Below are positions 22,036-33,285 of a stretch of DNA of 64,000 nt, in pieces; the stretch's first letter is position 1; each line of letters begins with the position of its first letter. Below the pieces are notes generated by a model. The model was given only the letters and a program-made list of their open reading frames with translations. It searched no databases and was not told the DNA's origin. A program made the translations under genes and the position numbers. The stretch is from Desulfatiglandales bacterium (GTDB lineage: Bacteria; Desulfobacterota; DSM-4660; Desulfatiglandales; HGW-15): assembly GCA_963667015.2 (NCBI GenBank), contig CAXXJJ010000004.1, forward strand, positions 4,064,001-4,128,000, read 5' to 3'.

Positions 22036-22488
22036 TCAACGAATGGTTTTATCCTTTACAACTTCTCTGTAAAAGATCCTTATATATCTGATGCTTGACA
22101 ATATAAGGGCCAGTCCGATCCCGATATACAGGATAGCAAGGTCATATTTAGGTATCGTTGAATGGCGGAGCAATATTCCCATCACAATCATTACAATAAT
22201 AAGCAGATAGCTCTTAGAAGGGATAAAGGCGAAAAAGCACTTCTTTCGGTCCATTTGGAGTATTCTCTTCAGATTTTTGTCAACTATTCTTAAAAAACCA
22301 AAGTGGTGCACGGGCAATGCCAACAGTATCCCTGCAAGGGCATAGAGGTAGGTACTTACTCCGGACGCTCTGTGAAGCCATGAAAAGGCCATAAACAGAA
22401 GCATAAAACCGGCAAACACCCATACAGTCCCTGCCATAAGCAGCAGAATATTTTTTGTAACAGCCGGCTTGAATTTTTCTATTCCCAT
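22036..22488 (-). CDS. Membrane protein with four TM segments
   Basis: Four hydrophobic segments; SD AGGA. Confidence 0.7.
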   Translation of the reverse strand: MGIEKFKPAVTKNILLLMAGTVWVFAGFMLLFMAFSWLHRASGVSTYLYALAGILLALPVHHFGFLRIVDKNLKRILQMDRKKCFFAFIPSKSYLLIIVMIVMGILLRHSTIPKYDLAILYIGIGLALILSSIRYIRIFYREVVKDKTIR

Positions 22489-22604
22489 GATTTATTTCCT
22501 AAAAGGTATATTCAAAATTCCGGCCTGATTTTTCAGCAACATGTTTTAAATCAGCAGCCAGGACTGAACAGGCAATAACAGAAATCTTTTTTTCAATCTA
22601 AATC

Positions 22605-23285
22605 CTATTCCGGTTTTTGTTTTCCGATACGGGTGTAACACTCCTCGGGGATATTCTTTGGATCTTTGTATATGGCAAAATGGCATTCTCCAAATACCAT
22701 GGGATCTTCCACAAGATGGACTACTCCCAATTCACCGGTGTTCTCAAAAGCAAGCATTTCCATGACCGGACAGTGTACACAGTACATGGGAAAATCCTTC
22801 ATGCCCCAGGTGGCACGATGGGGCTCCTTTACCCTTGCCAGACCGAATTCCGGTTCATAACCCCCCATCTGGATGAGCCTCTCACCTGATCCGCATGGCT
22901 TCATTGTTATTGTAACCTTTTCATCATCCTCTTTTATCTCAAGGGGCTGAAAGTGACCCCTGATATCTCCGGCCATCTCCTGAATACGTGACTTAAGGTC
23001 TGTTTTTCCCGACGGTTTAAAAACAGTTCTCCCTTCAATTCCATGTGCCTCCTTTTCCGCCGCCTCTACGGCATCCATACCGTAGTTGCGGTAGATATAG
23101 GAAAGCAGTCCAGTCACCCAGACCATATACCCGTCATGCAGGTGATTGAACTCCTTTTGCAGACGCTTTGCCAGTTGTTTTGCCTCTTCCCTGTCTCCCC
23201 TGTCAATAGCCTCCATGACCAGTTCAAGGGTCGGTCTGCCCATTTCCCTAAGTTCTTCCTCTGTAAATATCCTGTTTTCACTCAT
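22605..23285 (-). CDS. Hypothetical protein with PCGSG and YCVHC motifs
   Basis: 226-aa ORF with SD AAGGAGG; the Cys motifs suggest metal binding. Confidence 0.7.
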   Translation of the reverse strand: MSENRIFTEEELREMGRPTLELVMEAIDRGDREEAKQLAKRLQKEFNHLHDGYMVWVTGLLSYIYRNYGMDAVEAAEKEAHGIEGRTVFKPSGKTDLKSRIQEMAGDIRGHFQPLEIKEDDEKVTITMKPCGSGERLIQMGGYEPEFGLARVKEPHRATWGMKDFPMYCVHCPVMEMLAFENTGELGVVHLVEDPMVFGECHFAIYKDPKNIPEECYTRIGKQKPE

Positions 23286-23409
23286 TGTCGCTGGCCTCCT
23301 TATATCTATGGATTAAAATACTTATTTCCTGGCCGGATATAAAAGTTGCATAATTTTAAGTTATTTTATTATCATAGTCGATGATTAAAAACCAAAATGA
23401 GGTGGCACT

Positions 23410-24438
23410 ATGAAAAAGGTTATACTTGGAAGCACAGGGCTGGAGGTCTCAAGACTAGGTTTCGGCGGGATACCCATTCAGCGTGTGGATGAAGCCAGCG
23501 CAGTGGATGTTGTACTGCATGCCATTGAGACAGGCATAGATTTTATAGATACATCACGCATGTATGTTACGAGTGAAGGCCGTATTGGCATGGCCCTGAA
23601 ACAGACAGATAAAAAGGTGGTGCTTGCAACCAAGTCAATGAACCGTTTTGCAGACGGGGTACAGAAGGATATCGAGGTCAGCCTCAAGAAGCTCCAGGTT
23701 GATTACATTGACATCTATCAGTGTCATGCGGTCAGCAGCGATGACGAGTATGAGCGTGTCCTTCGACCGGGCGGGGCTCTGGAGGGTTTGAGAAAGGCCA
23801 AGGAACAAGGGATAATAGGACATATAGGTATAACCAGCCACAGCCTTGATCTGCTGGAAAAAATAGTTGATGACGGATTTTTTGAGACCATTATGGTCTG
23901 TCTGAGCTTTCTTGAACCTGCCGCAAGGGAAAGGATTGTTCCAAAGGCCCTTGAAAAAAATATCGGCATCATGGCCATGAAGCCCTTCTCCGGAGGGGTT
24001 ATCGAGGCGCCGGAGGCGGCCCTTAAGTGGGTGCTGTCCATACCCGGTATACTTGTGCTTGCAGGAGTTGAAGAAAAAGGCCTTGTTGATAAGAACTGGG
24101 AGATCTTTCAGGGGAGTTATGAACTTACCGAACAGGAAAAGGCCGTAATAAAAGATATCAGGAAGGAATATGAAAAAAAATTCTGCCGCCGCTGCGACTA
24201 CTGCCAGCCATGCACTGCCGGGATACATATCCAGATGATAATGGGCCTTAAATCATTTGTAAAGAGAATGGGGCCCCAGGTTGTTAATAACATGCTCTTC
24301 AAAAAGATGCTGGACAGTGCAGCCAACTGTACGGAATGCGGCGAATGTTTACCCAGATGTCCATATTCTCTTCCCATACCGGACATGATCAGGGAAAACC
24401 TGGAGTGGGCAGAAAACTTTAAAAAGAGCCTTAAATAA
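23410..24438 (+). CDS. Aldo/keto reductase with C-terminal 4Fe-4S dicluster
   Basis: LGFGGIPI, IDTSRMY, ATK, MKPFSGG; CRRCDYCQPC and CTECGECLPRCPY. Confidence 0.92.
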   Translation: MKKVILGSTGLEVSRLGFGGIPIQRVDEASAVDVVLHAIETGIDFIDTSRMYVTSEGRIGMALKQTDKKVVLATKSMNRFADGVQKDIEVSLKKLQVDYIDIYQCHAVSSDDEYERVLRPGGALEGLRKAKEQGIIGHIGITSHSLDLLEKIVDDGFFETIMVCLSFLEPAARERIVPKALEKNIGIMAMKPFSGGVIEAPEAALKWVLSIPGILVLAGVEEKGLVDKNWEIFQGSYELTEQEKAVIKDIRKEYEKKFCRRCDYCQPCTAGIHIQMIMGLKSFVKRMGPQVVNNMLFKKMLDSAANCTECGECLPRCPYSLPIPDMIRENLEWAENFKKSLK

Positions 24439-24466
24439 AAATAATCTATCAACAGAAAAAGAAATT

Positions 24467-25621
24467 ATGAAACCTTATCACAGTTACCGCCTCTCTCTTA
24501 TTGCCATAGTTTTGGTTGTCATCTTCCTTTCAGTTTTCTCCTGTGATGTAAAGGATCGGGAGACATATACCGTGAAACCGGTCAACCTTGATTATACTAT
24601 CCTTGCCTCATGCACAGTGAGTGAACCGAAGCCTTATAGTGTTACTGCAAAGGCAGGAGGAGATATAATCAGGTTGAGTGTTAAAGAGGGAGACAGGGTT
24701 GATAAAGGGCAGATTCTTGCCCTGATTGATGACTACAGGGAACGAAGAGACCTTATAATAAATAAAAACAAATTAAACTCCATAGGCCTCAAGATTGAAG
24801 ATTCAAAAAAAAATGAACTGCCAAGACTCAAAGAACAGCTTAAAAAAGATACTGCCACCCTAAAAAATTCAGAAAGATACCTGAACAGGCTTAAGGAGCT
24901 GGCCCGGACAGGAGGTATTTCCGAGGTTGAGCTGGAGGCGGCTGAAGAAAATTTTAAGCAGGCACTTTCCAGGTATAATCAGACAGAGATTGAGATTGAT
25001 ACCTTCAGCCGCTCCGGTGTGCTGGCCGCCCTTGAAACAGAGCGGCAAATTATTACTGCACAGATCGAGCTGTCGGAAAGGTCCATTGATGATAAAAAGA
25101 TCAGAGCGCCATACAGCGGTGTCATCACCGATGTATATTTCACCGAGGGTGAAACTGTTCAGGACAATGCAAGTCTGCTCAGCATTATCGAAGACAGGGA
25201 TTTTGAGATTGAAGCAAATATAGACCAGAGGGATATGCCTTTTGTAAAAAAATCCCAGGATGCATTTATTGTCCTGGACGCCTATCCATCAAACAAGATC
25301 TCCGCACAGGTGTTTTTTGTCTGCCTGGAGGTTGATATCTCCAGGGGAAGCTGCCTCATTAAATTAAAGATCAGGGATAAACTTGATTTTATCAGGTACG
25401 GAATGACAGGAAATGTTGAGATATTTGCAGATAGATTTACGGCTGTGACAGCGGTCCCTTCGAGATTCCTGAAGCGTGAGGAGGGCGCAGGCTATGTCTA
25501 TATCCGGGAAAAAGGAGAGGTTGAAGCTGTTAAGGTTGAATTCCGGGAGGTAGGAGAGAACTGGGTGATACTCGATAAAATGCCTGAAAACACAGTATTA
25601 TATCTTCCTGCAGAAAATTAA
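24467..25621 (+). CDS. Efflux periplasmic adaptor (membrane fusion) protein
   Basis: VKEGDRVDKGQIL and IRAPYSG lipoyl-like halves flanking a coiled coil. Confidence 0.85.
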   Translation: MKPYHSYRLSLIAIVLVVIFLSVFSCDVKDRETYTVKPVNLDYTILASCTVSEPKPYSVTAKAGGDIIRLSVKEGDRVDKGQILALIDDYRERRDLIINKNKLNSIGLKIEDSKKNELPRLKEQLKKDTATLKNSERYLNRLKELARTGGISEVELEAAEENFKQALSRYNQTEIEIDTFSRSGVLAALETERQIITAQIELSERSIDDKKIRAPYSGVITDVYFTEGETVQDNASLLSIIEDRDFEIEANIDQRDMPFVKKSQDAFIVLDAYPSNKISAQVFFVCLEVDISRGSCLIKLKIRDKLDFIRYGMTGNVEIFADRFTAVTAVPSRFLKREEGAGYVYIREKGEVEAVKVEFREVGENWVILDKMPENTVLYLPAEN

Positions 25622-25622
25622 T

Positions 25623-26834
25623 ATGGCTGTGAATTACTACGAAATCATGATTGCATGGCGTTTTCTGGTTAAAGGGAGGCTGCAGACCCTCTTTATCATA
25701 CTCGGGATAGCAATGGGTGTGGCCGTGCAGTTTTTTTTATCTTCACTTATTGGCGGTCTGCAGAACAGCATTATCGAAAGAACCGTGGGCTCGTCACCAC
25801 ACCTTATAATATCCCCTGAAGACAGGAAGCCTGCGCCCATTGATACAGGTTCTGCCGCGATAAAAGATAACCGGCCTGCCGCCCTTGAGGAAAGGCCGGA
25901 GATCTTTTCATGGCAGCAATATGTTATTGACTTGAAAAAGGATAAAAGGATTACCAGTATATCCCCTGTTGCCAATGGAAACGGTTTTGTGCTTGAGGGA
26001 AACACAGTGCATCCTGTGCGTGTAAAGGGGCTCTATGAGCCTGACGGCCCCGCTATTTACAGGATAAAACAAAAGCTGGTTTCAGGAAGTGAGAGGTTTT
26101 CAGGAGAAACTGCTCTCGTGGCAAAGGAACTGGCTGACAAACTGGCGCTCATAACAGGGGATAAGTTTATACTCCGGAATGACAATGGCCAAAATATTTC
26201 CCTGATCACAGGCGGTATTTTTGACCTTGGAACCGCCACAGGCAGCAGCCTGATAGTACTTTCTCTGGACAGGGTAAGGGCCTTTTTCGGTATTGACGGG
26301 GTTTCTGCAATCGAGGTACAGGTGTCCGATATCTTTGAGGCAGAAACCATAGCGCAGAAATATTCCGGCCATTTTACAAGGGTTAAGTTCGAATCCTGGC
26401 AGAAGACAAACAGGGAGATGCTAGCCGCCCTTTCATCTCAGAGTTCATCATCCTATACTATTCAGTTCTTTGTACTTTTTTCAATATCTCTTGGAATTGC
26501 CAGCGTCCTTGCAATAGCGGCTGTTCAGAAATCAAGGCAGCTTGGAATCCTCAAGGCCATGGGTACAACAGATATAAGTTCAGCAAAGATCTTTGTTGTT
26601 CAGGGTTTTATACTGGGCGCAGTCGGATCTATCATAGGTGTAGGTATTGGTTATGGTATATCAATGCTTTTTATACGGGCAATGGGCGATATGATAGCCT
26701 TTGGACTGGAGATAAAGACCGCATATATTATAGTTCCGGTTGTTCTTGCCGTTATAGCCTCAACTGCCGCTTCTGTAATTCCGGCAAGCCGCGCATCAAG
26801 ATTATCTCCCATGGAGGTGATAAGGAATGGATGA
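25623..26834 (+). CDS. MacB/LolE-family ABC permease
   Basis: LGIAMGVAV, periplasmic domain, QKSRQLGILKAMG and PASRASRLSPMEVIR. Confidence 0.9.
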   Translation: MAVNYYEIMIAWRFLVKGRLQTLFIILGIAMGVAVQFFLSSLIGGLQNSIIERTVGSSPHLIISPEDRKPAPIDTGSAAIKDNRPAALEERPEIFSWQQYVIDLKKDKRITSISPVANGNGFVLEGNTVHPVRVKGLYEPDGPAIYRIKQKLVSGSERFSGETALVAKELADKLALITGDKFILRNDNGQNISLITGGIFDLGTATGSSLIVLSLDRVRAFFGIDGVSAIEVQVSDIFEAETIAQKYSGHFTRVKFESWQKTNREMLAALSSQSSSSYTIQFFVLFSISLGIASVLAIAAVQKSRQLGILKAMGTTDISSAKIFVVQGFILGAVGSIIGVGIGYGISMLFIRAMGDMIAFGLEIKTAYIIVPVVLAVIASTAASVIPASRASRLSPMEVIRNG

Positions 26835-27603
26835 TAATATTATGATAGCGGTAAAAGGGCTTAACAAGATATATGGGGCTGCAGTGAAAACCCATGTCCT
26901 GTATGATATAGATCTTGAGATAGAGATGGACTCATTTACTGCCCTGATCGGTCCCTCCGGGTCCGGAAAAAGTACGCTTTTAAGCTGCCTCGGTCTGCTT
27001 GAGCCGCCTACATCTGGAGAAATAGTAATTGACGGTCAGTCATTTTCAGATATTAACGTCAATAAACTGGCCGCATTTAGAAATGTGAATATAGGTTTTG
27101 TTTTCCAGTTTCATCATCTGCTGCCTGAATTTACCGTGTTTGAAAACATCCTCCTTCCTCACTGGATAAAAAACGGAAGGCCGGGAACTTCCCTCAGGCA
27201 GGAAGCGGACAGGTTAATAGACCGTGTTGGCCTGAGCGATATTAAAAGTAAAAATGTCACACAGATATCAGGAGGACAGCAGCAGAGGGTTTCAATAGCC
27301 AGGGCACTTATTAACAGGCCAAAGGTTATCTTTGCAGATGAACCTACGGGCAACCTGGACAGAGAAACAGGAGCGAGGGTGCTTGATCTTTTAAGGGAGA
27401 TAAACAAAGAAAACAATACGACCCTTGTAATGGTAACTCATGACAGAGAAGTGGCTCTGCGTTCTGACCGAATAGTAGAGCTTGTAGACGGGAAAATATG
27501 CAGAACCATTGATATCAGATCTTCGGGCAGAGATAATGCAATCGAAATGCTTGAAAACCTTTCCTGCGTCCTCCCTGATTCGGAATCGGACGTGGAGAAA
27601 TAG
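26827..27603 (+). CDS. ABC ATP-binding protein (LolD/MacB-like)
   Basis: [35 protein letters not shown] and VTHD. Confidence 0.93.
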   Translation: MDDNIMIAVKGLNKIYGAAVKTHVLYDIDLEIEMDSFTALIGPSGSGKSTLLSCLGLLEPPTSGEIVIDGQSFSDINVNKLAAFRNVNIGFVFQFHHLLPEFTVFENILLPHWIKNGRPGTSLRQEADRLIDRVGLSDIKSKNVTQISGGQQQRVSIARALINRPKVIFADEPTGNLDRETGARVLDLLREINKENNTTLVMVTHDREVALRSDRIVELVDGKICRTIDIRSSGRDNAIEMLENLSCVLPDSESDVEK

Positions 27604-27661
27604 CCCCGGGAAAAGGCGTGCAGGACTATAACTGAAGCAATACCTTAACTGAAACGGAAAA

Positions 27662-28126
27662 ATGTTAATGAGTCAAAGGCCGGTAACTCAAAAAAGATTT
27701 TATCTCATCCCTGAGGCCCATCTCCTTTTATTTGAGGAAAACAGGATATTGCTGCTGTTAAGAAAGAACACCGGGTATGAGGATGGTAAATACAGTGTTG
27801 TGGCAGGCCATCTCGACGGGGAAGAAACAGCGCGTGAGGCCATGGCAAGGGAGGCCATGGAAGAGGCTGGGATAGTTATCAATCCCGAAGACCTTGTACT
27901 TGCGCACATTACACACAGGATAGACCTGGATGAAAGGGTGTCATTCTTTTTCACAACCGCAAGTTGGAAAGGAACGCCTCTAAATATGGAACCGGATAAA
28001 TGCGATGATTTAAGCTGGTTTTCTATTGATTCAATGCCTGAAAACATGGTTCCCTATGTACGAAATGCCATTGAGCAATATCTGAAGGGAAATCTATATT
28101 CCGAATTCGGCTGGAAAGAGAAATAA
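27662..28126 (+). CDS. NUDIX hydrolase
   Basis: [23 protein letters not shown]udix box; NMEPDKCD. Confidence 0.9.
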   Translation: MLMSQRPVTQKRFYLIPEAHLLLFEENRILLLLRKNTGYEDGKYSVVAGHLDGEETAREAMAREAMEEAGIVINPEDLVLAHITHRIDLDERVSFFFTTASWKGTPLNMEPDKCDDLSWFSIDSMPENMVPYVRNAIEQYLKGNLYSEFGWKEK

Positions 28127-28130
28127 AAAA

Positions 28131-28778
28131 ATGAGAACTGTAATATTTGATCTGGACGGGACATTGAGTGATTCTGCCGAGGGAATAGTCCGATCCATTA
28201 ATTATGCCCTGCCCAGACTTGGGTTTAAAGAACGCCCAAAGGAGGAGCTGCTGCAGTATATCGGTCCTCACCTTACCTCTATTTTTGAAAACCTGACGGG
28301 CAAAAGGGATGAGGATTTCCTTAACAATGCTATTGCAATCTTCAGGGAAAGGTATTTTTCGATAGGATATAAGGAAAATGAACTCTATGAAGGGATAAGG
28401 GATGTCCTGGAACTGCTGACCCGCTGGGGTGACATCCTGTGCGTTGCCACTACAAAACGGACGGATATCGCACAAAACGTCCTCGAGTATTTTGAGATAG
28501 ATAAATATTTTACACGGGTTCAGGGAAGCGATCTTTACCCGCACAAGGCAGACTCCCTCAGGGAGATGATGGTTGATTCAACCCTTAACAGCGGGCCCAT
28601 GATTATGATAGGTGACCGTGACAGCGACTTTACGGCAGCAAGAGATGCGGGAATGCCTTCACTTGCCGTCCGCTGGGGTTATGGATGTGAAGATGAATAT
28701 AAACTTGCAACCGCGGTTGTGGATAAACCCATGAATCTGCCCGGGGCGATAATTCAGTACTCGGGCATGGTTAAATAA
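28131..28778 (+). CDS. HAD-IA hydrolase (phosphoglycolate phosphatase/nucleotidase-like)
   Basis: FDLDGTLSDS, ATTK, MIGDR..D and WGYG. Confidence 0.88.
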   Translation: MRTVIFDLDGTLSDSAEGIVRSINYALPRLGFKERPKEELLQYIGPHLTSIFENLTGKRDEDFLNNAIAIFRERYFSIGYKENELYEGIRDVLELLTRWGDILCVATTKRTDIAQNVLEYFEIDKYFTRVQGSDLYPHKADSLREMMVDSTLNSGPMIMIGDRDSDFTAARDAGMPSLAVRWGYGCEDEYKLATAVVDKPMNLPGAIIQYSGMVK

Positions 28779-28784
28779 AAAATA

Positions 28785-29222
28785 TCACTGGCGTTTGATT
28801 ACAAGTACCGGTTTTTTGGTTTTACGAATCACCTTTTCAGATACGGACCCGAGAAAGATCTCCTCCAGGTTGCTCTTCCCGTGTGATCCTATTATGGTTA
28901 CAGAAACATCCTCACTCTTTTCGGCATTCAGTATCTCTCTTACCGGGAACCCTATCTTTAGCAGGGACTTTACCTCAAAGCCGCTGGCTGCTAATTCCTC
29001 TTCAACCCGTTCCATCTGCTGAGAGGCCTGGGCCATTATGTCCTTCTCAAGGGTATGAGAATTCATCCCTGCCAGATTGTCTATGGCCTGAAAGGAACGC
29101 TGATCAATAACATGGATCAGGACCACAGACTCAATGCCTGAAGATTTAAGTTTTTTCAATTCTTCCAGGGCAGCCTTTGATGCATCGGAGAAATCCGTTG
29201 GAAACAGGACTTTTTTAAACAT
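28785..29222 (-). CDS. Universal stress protein
   Basis: FKKVLFPTDFS and GSHGKS...LGSVSEKV; SD GGAGG before ATG 29222. Confidence 0.92.
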   Translation of the reverse strand: MFKKVLFPTDFSDASKAALEELKKLKSSGIESVVLIHVIDQRSFQAIDNLAGMNSHTLEKDIMAQASQQMERVEEELAASGFEVKSLLKIGFPVREILNAEKSEDVSVTIIGSHGKSNLEEIFLGSVSEKVIRKTKKPVLVIKRQ

Positions 29223-29258
29223 TGTCTGATCCTCCACGAATGTTGTTAACACTACATC

Positions 29259-29597
29259 CTAGTCATTCTGGCACATCATATATTCGGCCAGTGATTTAAG
29301 TTCATCATCAGAAAGGGCTTTGGTTTTTTCAAGGTATTTTTCCATGGTCTTGCTCTTCTCCTCATTTACAATGGCGGCGGACTTTCCCTGGAGATAGCTT
29401 ATCAGTTTTTCCCGGTCACCATTATAAACCGTTGCAATCTCCCTGAGGGATGGATATGCCTTCCCGGTATCGACCTTATGGCAGATCCCGCATTTCAGGG
29501 ATTTGAACACGGTCTTTTCATCATCGTCACCGGCCATTATATTTGAAGCGCAGAAAAACAGGATTACAAGGATAATCAGAACTGAATATTTTTTCAT
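29259..29597 (-). CDS. Monoheme c-type cytochrome (class I)
   Basis: Signal peptide, CGICH heme motif, PSLREIA and a distal Met. Confidence 0.85.
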   Translation of the reverse strand: MKKYSVLIILVILFFCASNIMAGDDDEKTVFKSLKCGICHKVDTGKAYPSLREIATVYNGDREKLISYLQGKSAAIVNEEKSKTMEKYLEKTKALSDDELKSLAEYMMCQND

Positions 29598-29740
29598 TTT
29601 TTCCTCCTTAATATGTATCAATCAACTGCGTAGCTTTAGTAAGCAGTTCAAAGCAGGCATGATGATAACATAACAATGGTATAAAACAAAATAATTAGAT
29701 GCTTTATGATCAGGGGAAGTGACCGGGGACATCCTTCCCC

Positions 29741-30787
29741 TTAAAACCGGTACATATCTTTTTTCTCCTGATTTATATTGCCAAGCAATGCCGCCCCCAT
29801 ATCAAGAATGGATTTCTGGGAATCAATATATTCGCTGAGTCTTGCATGCTGAGAATTCGACAATATACCAATCGAAGATTCCAGGTATCCGTTCAGCAGA
29901 TCCTTTTGAAGCTCCACTCTTTTTTTCCGATTTTCACTGCTGAAAACCTTATCCTGAGGATTAGTTGACGCCTGGAACTCTTTTTGATTTTCATCGAGCC
30001 TTTGTTTCTCATTATGCATGGCAACAACCAGGTCATTTTCCTGCTGTATGTCAAGATTAATCCCTCCCGTGTATTCCATATTGTTTTTAAATTCGCTCAG
30101 GAAAAGCCTCTCCTCTTCGTACTTTGCGTATTCCCTGTATGCCTCAAATTGTTCAGGAGATAGAAGGCCACTGATTTTTTCATTATAGATGTTATTAACA
30201 TATTCCTCTTGCTGTTTAAGGTCTTCTCTTGTGATATTTCCCTTTTGTACTTCACCCAGCAGTGATGTGATATCAACGGTCTCCATCTGTTTTTCAACAA
30301 GCAGATCAACCAGTTCGTTCCTGGCTTCAGGAGAAAGATTGTATTCTTTTGCAAATGAATCATAAATAGAGCGAATTCTTTTTTCAGCCTGCCCTCGTAT
30401 CAGGCTTTCCATGGCAGGATTCATCTGCATCTCTGACGTCAGTTTTTCAAAAAACTCGCCAACCTGTTCTGATTGCGTGATATCATCTGTTTTTTCATCT
30501 GCCAGTTTTTTTTCAGGTGCATTTTTCTCTATAGGCGTAATAACCTTATCCTGATCTTTTTTATTTATGGTGATTTGAAACTTCTCAACGGTGTTTGTAA
30601 TATCCGTTTTCACTTCTGGCGAGGTATTTTCAACCAGTGAAATATCATTCTTTGTTTTAGTTAATGCATCGATATTTCGGTTCTGAATGATAACTGTCAC
30701 TATCAACCCAACAACGGCAATACAGAGTATAAGCTGAAAAATATTACCTTTTCTACTATTTGATTTATTTTCCATGGTTGGCTCCAT
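29741..30787 (-). CDS. Hypothetical membrane-anchored protein
   Basis: One N-terminal TM and a helical soluble domain; co-oriented with the ytr-like operon. Confidence 0.65.
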   Translation of the reverse strand: MEPTMENKSNSRKGNIFQLILCIAVVGLIVTVIIQNRNIDALTKTKNDISLVENTSPEVKTDITNTVEKFQITINKKDQDKVITPIEKNAPEKKLADEKTDDITQSEQVGEFFEKLTSEMQMNPAMESLIRGQAEKRIRSIYDSFAKEYNLSPEARNELVDLLVEKQMETVDITSLLGEVQKGNITREDLKQQEEYVNNIYNEKISGLLSPEQFEAYREYAKYEEERLFLSEFKNNMEYTGGINLDIQQENDLVVAMHNEKQRLDENQKEFQASTNPQDKVFSSENRKKRVELQKDLLNGYLESSIGILSNSQHARLSEYIDSQKSILDMGAALLGNINQEKKDMYRF

Positions 30788-30810
30788 AATTTTCGATTAA
30801 AAAAAGATTT

Positions 30811-31461
30811 TTATAGATCCCTTTTCGAGTATATTTGTGTCGATATTTTGATAGATACAACAAATAATAAAATTGCTATACCTGATAGTAGAGAAGAAGT
30901 GAGAACATCCGTGAATGAAAAATTCCTTATTTTTTCAACCAGTCCGGGAATTTTAGATACCGCGAAGAAAAAAATGAAAAAGGTTGCCGCAAACCCGAGA
31001 GTCAGGCCAATCGTTGCCTTTGTTGCTCCATATTTAAAATAAAACGGGAAAGAAAATGATGCCAGTATGGATATAAGTAACAAAGCTAAAGCAAAATATC
31101 CCGGAGGGAGCTGTAACTTTAACATACCCGCAAGCTTGAATACCAAATTACTTGAGTAGGCCAATAGCAGATGAACAGCCATTAATACAACTATTCCAAA
31201 GTATCGTGACAGCACAATATCCTTGCGTCGGACCGGCAGAGATCCAAAGAATCCTGCTGTTCGGTATTTTTCTTCCAGGATGAAAATATTACTGCTGTAA
31301 AAATGGATAAGAAGAAGTAAATAAAACAGGGTAAAAAGCGTCCATGCAGGGGCGACAGGAGATATGGCTGTTAATGGTATAAATATAACAACTCCTATTC
31401 CTTTTTCAGTCCACAGGGCATAGAAATCCTTACGTATGAGGTTTGTTATATTACCTGCCAT
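30811..31461 (-). CDS. ABC-2 type permease
   Basis: LIRKD, SLPVRRKDIVLSRY and six TM segments. Confidence 0.85.
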   Translation of the reverse strand: MAGNITNLIRKDFYALWTEKGIGVVIFIPLTAISPVAPAWTLFTLFYLLLLIHFYSSNIFILEEKYRTAGFFGSLPVRRKDIVLSRYFGIVVLMAVHLLLAYSSNLVFKLAGMLKLQLPPGYFALALLLISILASFSFPFYFKYGATKATIGLTLGFAATFFIFFFAVSKIPGLVEKIRNFSFTDVLTSSLLSGIAILLFVVSIKISTQIYSKRDL

Positions 31462-32323
31462 TTTCTGCTCCTTTCACGCTGTAAACCATAATGTCTTCAA
31501 GGTTTGCCTTCTCTACTATTGCATTATCACCCATCAGTGCAGTCAAATCCCCGGCTGAACCTGTCAGAGCCTCAAATCCAGTCCTCATTTCCCTGACTCC
31601 GATACACAGTTCACGCCCCTGTTCATTAAGGAGTTCCAGCGGGCCTTTTACAATCCGGTATTTATCCAGGAGATCATCCCTGGACTCAGAGAAAACAATC
31701 TTCCCGTCCTCAATAAAGGTTATGTAGTCTGCTATCTTTTCAAGGTCTGTGGTAATGTGAGTGGAAAAGAATACGGATCTGCTTTCATCCTGAATTATTT
31801 CATAGAGGATATCTATCAATTCACTCCGGAAGACAGGGTCAAGACCGCTGGTCGGTTCATCCATGATCAAAAGCTCTGCGTTGTGTGATAGTGCGAGAGC
31901 AAGTGAGAGCTTGGTTTTTTGCCCATGGGATAATGTCTCTGTCTTCTGCTCAGGGTCCAGTCCGAATTTTTTTATGAACCTGTTGAACTCCTCATTGTTC
32001 CAGTTTTTGTAAAAACGGGAAGTTATTTTTCCCATAACCCTTACAGTCATGATACCGCCATAAAAACTCTGTTCATCATAGATGAATCCGATTTTTTCCC
32101 TGACTTCGGTACTGTCCGGTCCCATGTCGTGGCCCAATACCTTGATCGATCCGGAATCCATGTGAATAAGCCCCATGATCGATTTGATGGTGGTAGTTTT
32201 TCCTGCACCGTTTCTTCCGATAAACCCCATAACCGTTCCGCGCGGAAGACTAAATGACACATCAGAAAGGGAAAAACCGGGGTAATGCTTGGTAAGGTGG
32301 TCCACCTTGATTGAATATTCCAT
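31451..32323 (-). CDS. ABC ATP-binding protein (YtrB-like)
   Basis: GRNGAGKTT, LSHGQ, MDEPTSGLDP and STHITTDLEKIAD. Confidence 0.92.
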   Translation of the reverse strand: MEYSIKVDHLTKHYPGFSLSDVSFSLPRGTVMGFIGRNGAGKTTTIKSIMGLIHMDSGSIKVLGHDMGPDSTEVREKIGFIYDEQSFYGGIMTVRVMGKITSRFYKNWNNEEFNRFIKKFGLDPEQKTETLSHGQKTKLSLALALSHNAELLIMDEPTSGLDPVFRSELIDILYEIIQDESRSVFFSTHITTDLEKIADYITFIEDGKIVFSESRDDLLDKYRIVKGPLELLNEQGRELCIGVREMRTGFEALTGSAGDLTALMGDNAIVEKANLEDIMVYSVKGAENGR

Positions 32324-32324
32324 T

Positions 32325-32711
32325 TTATCTTTCCTCCTCAAAAATAATCGCAAGCATAGTCTGCAGCTCATCCAGCGTCAGCCCGATCCGCTTTCCCTCG
32401 GTTGCGACTTCATCTAGTTTTTCCTCCACGATGCGCATGCGCTGCTCCCTGAAAAGCTCCTTGTTCTTTACAGAAACATAACACCCCTTGCCCTGGACCG
32501 ATGTCAGAAAGCCAGAGGCAACCAGTTCGTCATAGGCCCGCTTTACTGTGATGACACTCACCCGAAGGTCCTGGGCCAGGGCTCGTATTGAGGGAAGCTC
32601 ATCACCGTCATTAAGTTCTCCGGCTACAATAAGAGATCTTATCCTGTCTTCTATCTGCTCGTAGATAGGCCTGGGTGATGTCTGTGATATGATGATGCTT
32701 ATATTGCTCAT
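32325..32711 (-). CDS. GntR/YtrA-family regulator
   Basis: PIYEQI, LPSIRALAQDLRVSVITVKRAY and GKG. Confidence 0.92.
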   Translation of the reverse strand: MSNISIIISQTSPRPIYEQIEDRIRSLIVAGELNDGDELPSIRALAQDLRVSVITVKRAYDELVASGFLTSVQGKGCYVSVKNKELFREQRMRIVEEKLDEVATEGKRIGLTLDELQTMLAIIFEEER

Positions 32712-32724
32712 TATGTCTCCTGTT

Positions 32725-32778
32725 CTACTGTGTTAATACTGTTATGGTGTAGTATATACAGTAGAAAAAATATGTCAA
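32725..32778 (-). promoter_or_regulatory. sigma70 promoter with an overlapping palindromic operator (probable autoregulation)
   Basis: Minus strand TTGACA-N16-TATACT; inverted repeat CTACTGT...ACAGTAG (32725-32764) overlaps the -10. Confidence 0.65.
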
Positions 32779-33078
32779 CTATAAAAAATGAAAAATTTTT
32801 TTATCTCTTATGTTAAAGGAATAATAATGACAAAATAATAACATATTAAGTACATGAAAAAGCTTGACACCTATATTGTTTTATGTCAATTTTGGCATAA
32901 TTGTTTTACATACTGCCTGTCTCCTAATCTGAAGTCCTCATATATCTCAATGCAAAATATTTGAGTGAACATGATCTGGAATTAATAGAGCAGAATATAT
33001 ATTAGATATCTAAGCATGAATTAACTGTATCCGGTTATCCGTTAACACTGAAATGCTCGTGAAAAGGAGTGGTTAGAT

Positions 33079-33285
33079 ATGACAAACTACATCATGAATA
33101 TAAACTCACAATCCAATGGCGATCATAAAATTCATAAAATGACCTGTGACAGATTGCCTAACCTGGGCAACAGGCTTTATCTGGGTGATTTTCAAAGCTA
33201 TCACGATGCTGTTCGGGAAGCAAAAAAATATGATCCGGAAGCAGATGGATGCCTGCATTGCTCCCCGGAATGTAATGAAGAGTAA
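33079..33285 (+). CDS. Small Cys/His-rich hypothetical protein
   Basis: SD AAGGAG; Q.NGDH..H...C..LP...NRLYLG.F and DGC.HC...C pattern. Confidence 0.75.
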   Translation: MTNYIMNINSQSNGDHKIHKMTCDRLPNLGNRLYLGDFQSYHDAVREAKKYDPEADGCLHCSPECNEE